A stretch of 50,751 bases of DNA from Bacteroidales bacterium (GTDB lineage: Bacteria; Bacteroidota; Bacteroidia; Bacteroidales; B18-G4). Within the stretch, counting starts at the first letter, position 1, and each line of letters opens with the position of its first letter. Under the pieces are notes generated by a model, which searched no databases, was not told the DNA's origin, and was given only the letters and a program-made list of their open reading frames with translations. The translations under genes and the position numbers were made by a program. The stretch is taken from assembly GCA_030606625.1 (NCBI GenBank), contig JAUWGC010000001.1:1-50751 (forward strand), given 5' to 3'. This document shows positions 47,272-50,751 of the stretch, one piece after another.

Positions 47272-48273
47272 TCAACAACTGTATTTCCAGCAAATGGTAT
47301 ATTTAATGCTTTTCAACAGATTACGTGGCTTTTCCATATCGCAGATCAATTGCTCCCTTTTAAGGTTTTCCGGAGGAAACAAAACAATATTTTGCTTTTG
47401 AAGGTTTTCAAAATGATCAAGGCAAACAAATACCCTGCTGCTGATGATCATCATTTGTAAAAGAAAACGGTAAATGTTCTTTGTTGGGTAATCCAGCTCT
47501 TTAAATAATGAAATGGTCAAGTTGGTCAGGTCAAGATATTCCTGTTTCATGGCAGAAATATCCTTTAAAGCAATAGGTAAGGTAATAATATTTTTTTCCA
47601 GGTCTTCATAGATGTCAAACAAGTCATTAGCAAGTTGAATAAGTGCGCCAAGATGATAAATGGCTTTTTTTTCGTTATCTTTCATTGGGTTATTCAGTAT
47701 GCTTCTGCATAACAGAAGGGAATAACCGCCTTTTTCGAAAGTTATTTTCCTGAGTTCAGAAACCGAAATAGATGAATTGGTCTGATGTGTACTTTCCAGT
47801 TGAGCTGTCTTTACCAGATCAAAATAGTGATTAAAATCTTCTTTGTTACTGAGTTGTTTGTATAATTTATCGAAAAATACCTTGAAAAGGATCTGAATAT
47901 CAGTGGATGTTTTGCCATCGAGGGCATTCAGATATTCTATTACTTCATTGTAGGACAGATTCAGTTCGTCAAAGATAGCATCAAATACAGGTGTGGTACC
48001 ACCGAAAAACATGCCTGCCAGATCCTCATTTTGCGAAGTTTTATAACCTCTCAAAGTAGAAAACCATTCATTGGTGATCCTCAGCCCGGTAGTATAATAT
48101 TTGATTTTTTTAAAATATATCTCATCAGGTTTGAGATTATAACTTGCAAGAATAGTATTAGCTTCTTTCCAGATGCTTCTGGCATCTTTACTCCCCAGAA
48201 ATAATATTTTATAGCTCAGGCGAAGAAAAAGGGGAATGAAATGATATGTATTTTTTAAAGTGTTTATTTTCAC
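47272..48273 (-). CDS. Divergent isoprenoid-synthase-fold protein (squalene/phytoene synthase-like)
   Basis: 333 aa, all-helical. First Asp-rich motif is FDAIFDE (DxxxD). The second region, LGALIQLANDLFDIYEDLEKNIITLP, resembles the SQS/PSY signature G...Q..N(I/L).RD(V/I).ED......Y.P but lacks the Arg and Tyr positions. Confidence 0.45.
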   Translation of the reverse strand: MKINTLKNTYHFIPLFLRLSYKILFLGSKDARSIWKEANTILASYNLKPDEIYFKKIKYYTTGLRITNEWFSTLRGYKTSQNEDLAGMFFGGTTPVFDAIFDELNLSYNEVIEYLNALDGKTSTDIQILFKVFFDKLYKQLSNKEDFNHYFDLVKTAQLESTHQTNSSISVSELRKITFEKGGYSLLLCRSILNNPMKDNEKKAIYHLGALIQLANDLFDIYEDLEKNIITLPIALKDISAMKQEYLDLTNLTISLFKELDYPTKNIYRFLLQMMIISSRVFVCLDHFENLQKQNIVLFPPENLKREQLICDMEKPRNLLKSIKYTICWKYSC

Positions 48274-48428
48274 GATGTTTTATTTATTCTTTTGGTTGGT
48301 TAAAGTTAAAAATTTTTGTTAAAAAACTTGACAATGCTTAAACAAAGTTCTATATTTGTAAAGTTCAAAATATATGAAGTATATAAAGAGCTGATAATCA
48401 ATAAAAATGGTAACTGTTCACAGAACAT

Positions 48429-48484
48429 TGAAATTGGAAATTAGAAATTCAGGAGATTGCCAAATTTCAAATTTCTAATTTCCA
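48429..48484. repeat. Inverted heptad arrays (NGAAATT)x3 / (CNAATTT)x3 forming a 15-bp perfect hairpin
   Basis: TGGAAATTAGAAATT 48435-48449 pairs with AATTTCTAATTTCCA 48470-48484 across a 20-nt loop. It sits between the divergent genes at 48273 and 48544. Confidence 0.9.
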
Positions 48485-48543
48485 CATCTGGATTTGATAA
48501 AATGTAATCAACTAAAAATGTAATAAAACAAAAACATAAATAT

Positions 48544-49371
48544 ATGACTAACAACACTTCAATGAAACAACAAATAAACTGGAATTTCTGGATACCGGCA
48601 ATTATGTTTTTTTTGTTGCTGATAATAGAAGACCAGGCTTTTGGTACTTATTATTCATCATGGCTATATGGTTTAGTTTTGATAATGGTTGGAATACTTT
48701 ATTCTGTACGCTATAAACTCTATCAACCGGCTCTGGTTATTTGCCTTATTGGATTAACAGTCTGGCATTATTTTTTGGCTACACATTTTGAAACCAATAT
48801 TTACATGCTCCAATTATTGGGAATTAACATTTCAATCAGCCCTGAAGATAATCCTTTTTCCATGTTTACATGGATAATTAATGTTATTGTTTTATCTATA
48901 TTAATGGCTGTAACTTATCCTGTTTTGGATAAAGCATTCAAATTGGAAAAATACGCAAGGAGGATATTTAAAACCGCAGCCCGGACTGTTTATAGTGCCA
49001 CAAATGGATTTACATCCCGGCCATATTCTGCCGGACATGCAGAATTTACAAGAGAACAAATAATTGGTTTCACGCATTATTTATCAGGGAAAATAATTGT
49101 TTTTCCTGTTTACAGAGAAAACGGTATTTATCTTACATTTTCAATGCGAAGGAGTCCTCTGTCGATTCATGATCCTTCAGAAATAAGCTATGTAAATTTT
49201 GATTATGAAGGGAAAATTACTGTTCACATTTCAGCTAAGGATTATAATAGGTATAAAGAAGAACTCAGCTTTGATCAATTATGTGAATCAATGAGTGATG
49301 TTTTTAAGCGTTTTCTAAATTATTACATAAATAACCAGGAAAGTAGAATAAATCTTGAGTTGAAAAATTAG
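48544..49371 (+). CDS. Uncharacterised membrane protein (about 4 TM helices plus a roughly 150-aa soluble C-terminal domain)
   Basis: 275 aa. The N-half is hydrophobic and the C-half is soluble (…NGFTSRPYSAGHAEFTREQIIGF…). I recognised no motif. Confidence 0.6.
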   Translation: MTNNTSMKQQINWNFWIPAIMFFLLLIIEDQAFGTYYSSWLYGLVLIMVGILYSVRYKLYQPALVICLIGLTVWHYFLATHFETNIYMLQLLGINISISPEDNPFSMFTWIINVIVLSILMAVTYPVLDKAFKLEKYARRIFKTAARTVYSATNGFTSRPYSAGHAEFTREQIIGFTHYLSGKIIVFPVYRENGIYLTFSMRRSPLSIHDPSEISYVNFDYEGKITVHISAKDYNRYKEELSFDQLCESMSDVFKRFLNYYINNQESRINLELKN

Positions 49372-49384
49372 TAACTAACAAGTA

Positions 49385-49460
49385 CTTAAAGTGCCTAGAG
49401 TTTGGAGTGCCTGGAGTTAATAACTTTAGGCATTTTAGGCACTTTAAACTCAAGGCACTT
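49385..49460. repeat. Long imperfect palindrome built from AGTGCCT / AGGCACT units
   Basis: AAGTGCCT..GAGTTT..AGTGCCT on the left pairs with AGGCACT..AAACTC..AGGCACTT on the right. It lies between the membrane-protein gene and the 61-aa gene. Confidence 0.8.
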
Positions 49461-49481
49461 ATAATAAAAAGGAGGTATATT

Positions 49482-49667
49482 ATGAAATATAAAGTACATC
49501 GTTTTGAAATCAATATGGCCCATGATCAGGGCAGGTTAGAGCAATTTTTAAACAATTTGAAAGGGGAAGTCGTCTCAATAATCCCAAACATTGCAAATAC
49601 ATCCATATTTCAAATTTATGGGGTTACGCGTAAAATCAACTTTTTGCTTATAATTGAAAAATCATAA
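49482..49667 (+). CDS. Small conserved-looking hypothetical protein (61 aa)
   Basis: The ATG at 49482 is preceded by AAAAAGGAGG. Sequence: MKYKVHRFEINMAHDQGRLEQFLNNLKGEVVSIIPNI...INFLLIIEKS. The beta-alpha-beta-like pattern loosely recalls DUF4177-type proteins (memory only). Confidence 0.5.
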   Translation: MKYKVHRFEINMAHDQGRLEQFLNNLKGEVVSIIPNIANTSIFQIYGVTRKINFLLIIEKS

Positions 49668-49671
49668 AATC

Positions 49672-50202
49672 ATGAAAACAAAAATTTTAATTACAACACT
49701 AGTTTTAATTCTTGTTCAGTTAATTGTAACTTCTGAGTATGCGAGTGCTCAGAAATACATTGTACTTAATACTTTTAATGTAAATATCAGAACCGGACCA
49801 AGTACCGATCATTTTATTGTTTGCACGGCAGGTAAAGGTGAAATATTTAAATTGGTAAATGAAGAAAATGATTGGCTGGAAATTGAAATGTATTCTGGAG
49901 ATAATCGCTATGTACAACGTGACCTTGTTTATTTTCTGGAAACATTTGTCTCCGGTCACAGGATGACTTTACCGGAATCGGAAGAAAAATCAAAAAAGAT
50001 ATTTTTAGACTTGAAATGGGCGCAAACTATTGCTAAAAAAGAAGCCGAAGAAATTATCCCGGCAAATGTTGACAAAGCAAGGAATGAGAATTTCAGGAAA
50101 ATAATGCAAGACAAAAACATCCACACCATTTTCGAAATTCATGGTTTACAATCAGCACTTTATCCCGAACTAATGGCTTTGGCGAAAAAGAAAAATTGGT
50201 AG
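49672..50202 (+). CDS. Secreted bacterial SH3 domain protein
   Basis: The ATG at 49672 (MKTKILITTLVLILVQL signal) is preferred to 49654. SH3b-like NVNIRTGPSTDHFIVCTAGKGEIFKLVNEENDWLEIEM, followed by a helical tail. Confidence 0.6.
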   Translation: MKTKILITTLVLILVQLIVTSEYASAQKYIVLNTFNVNIRTGPSTDHFIVCTAGKGEIFKLVNEENDWLEIEMYSGDNRYVQRDLVYFLETFVSGHRMTLPESEEKSKKIFLDLKWAQTIAKKEAEEIIPANVDKARNENFRKIMQDKNIHTIFEIHGLQSALYPELMALAKKKNW

Positions 50203-50221
50203 TTCAATTATTAAATAAAAA

Positions 50222-50751
50222 ATGGACTTTAAAAAAGCTGCAATATTAGGATCATATATTTCGAAGGACTATGCCGAAGACCTTTTCAGGCTTTTGGCTA
50301 CTTATCGTGATATTTCTGCATCAGAGGCAGCCTCAAGATTAAATATGCATATCAAAACCGTGCAGGATTTTCTGGAGGCTATGGCTTTTTTAGATATTCT
50401 TGCAAAAGAAGAAGTGTTTGAAAAGAAAAGACCATATTATAGATATACGCTGAAAAAAAGGCGGATCACGATGGATATTAATCTGGATCCGTTATTTGAA
50501 GTTCAAAGCAAACCCGAAGGAAAACTATCTGTAAAGATCAGGGAAAGGAAAAATGCAGGTGCCCGCTTCACAACAGCAAGAAACAATCAATACATCAGCA
50601 GTATAGTGAAATGGACAGGTACTGGAAGGGAGAGAAAGGAGCGAAAAATCAACCTTACAATCCCACAGGGAAAATTCATGTATCATCTTCCATTTCCCAG
50701 TGCCGACTTTCAATCTGTTTCTAGAATCATGCAAATAGCTGATGTAGATAA
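50222..50751 (+). CDS. Winged-helix (ArsR-like) DNA-binding protein, 3' end beyond the window
   Basis: Absent from the ORF track because it is open at the right edge. My own translation is MDFKKAAILGSYISKDYAEDLFRLLATYRDISASEAASRLNMHIKTVQDFLEAMAFLDILAKEEV...RYTLKKRRITMDINLDPLF..., with no stop through 50751. Confidence 0.5.
   Translation, partial: MDFKKAAILGSYISKDYAEDLFRLLATYRDISASEAASRLNMHIKTVQDFLEAMAFLDILAKEEVFEKKRPYYRYTLKKRRITMDINLDPLFEVQSKPEGKLSVKIRERKNAGARFTTARNNQYISSIVKWTGTGRERKERKINLTIPQGKFMYHLPFPSADFQSVSRIMQIADVD

Noticed and set aside
49469-49476. AGGAGG Shine-Dalgarno-like box before the 61-aa gene, considered as a sign of foreign (non-Bacteroidota) origin
   Set aside because: Similar purine-rich boxes occur before clearly native genes here, for example AAGGAG before the kinase start at 2801. 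The box alone is therefore not evidence of horizontal transfer.
34195-50751. A tRNA-Cys-adjacent integrated element (genomic island or ICE) covering the accessory right third of the window
   Set aside because: No integrase, relaxase, transposase or phage gene is present. I did not see a direct repeat of the tRNA 3' end by eye downstream. This cannot be fully excluded without a search for the attachment repeat and the sequence beyond 50751.

Overview
This is a 50.75-kb AT-rich chromosomal segment that reads as Bacteroidota. Three secreted proteins end in T9SS-type C-terminal sorting domains, TAnnTTTG -7 promoter boxes are present, and the gene content includes GH3-family, HdeD/DUF308 and a DUF4175-like giant coiled-coil protein. 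I count about 43 protein-coding genes and one tRNA-Cys(GCA). I saw no rRNA, CRISPR array, transposase, integrase or phage genes. Positions 1-35 kb are mostly housekeeping: S9 peptidase, PPK2, two orphan sensor kinases, polyferredoxin plus DUF362, hemW, recJ, rodA-mrdA, dut, mnmG, ybeY, gltX, folB and cysK. Positions 35-51 kb look more accessory: T9SS cargo proteins, an XRE-HTH gene overlapping a GH36-like glycosidase, a LysM protein, a MEMO-like lipoprotein plus SDR, a beta-helix protein, a divergent squalene/phytoene-synthase-like protein, and a co-directional cluster of uncharacterised small genes running off the right edge. I found no clear classical defence or mobile system. The strongest unexplained signals are in the intergenic DNA. 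(i) A 197-nt repeat occurs twice; it starts with a consensus promoter box and has helices whose wobble pairs and substitutions fit a + strand structured RNA, or alternatively a roughly 50-codon micro-ORF. (ii) An 88-nt hairpin repeat occurs twice, both times in the same orientation relative to local transcription. (iii) Many short arrays have strict 7-nt periodicity; they sit at gene 3' ends, two of them supply the stop codon of the upstream gene, and one pair differs by exactly one heptad. All protein family calls come from motif recognition by eye. No database search or folding program was run.
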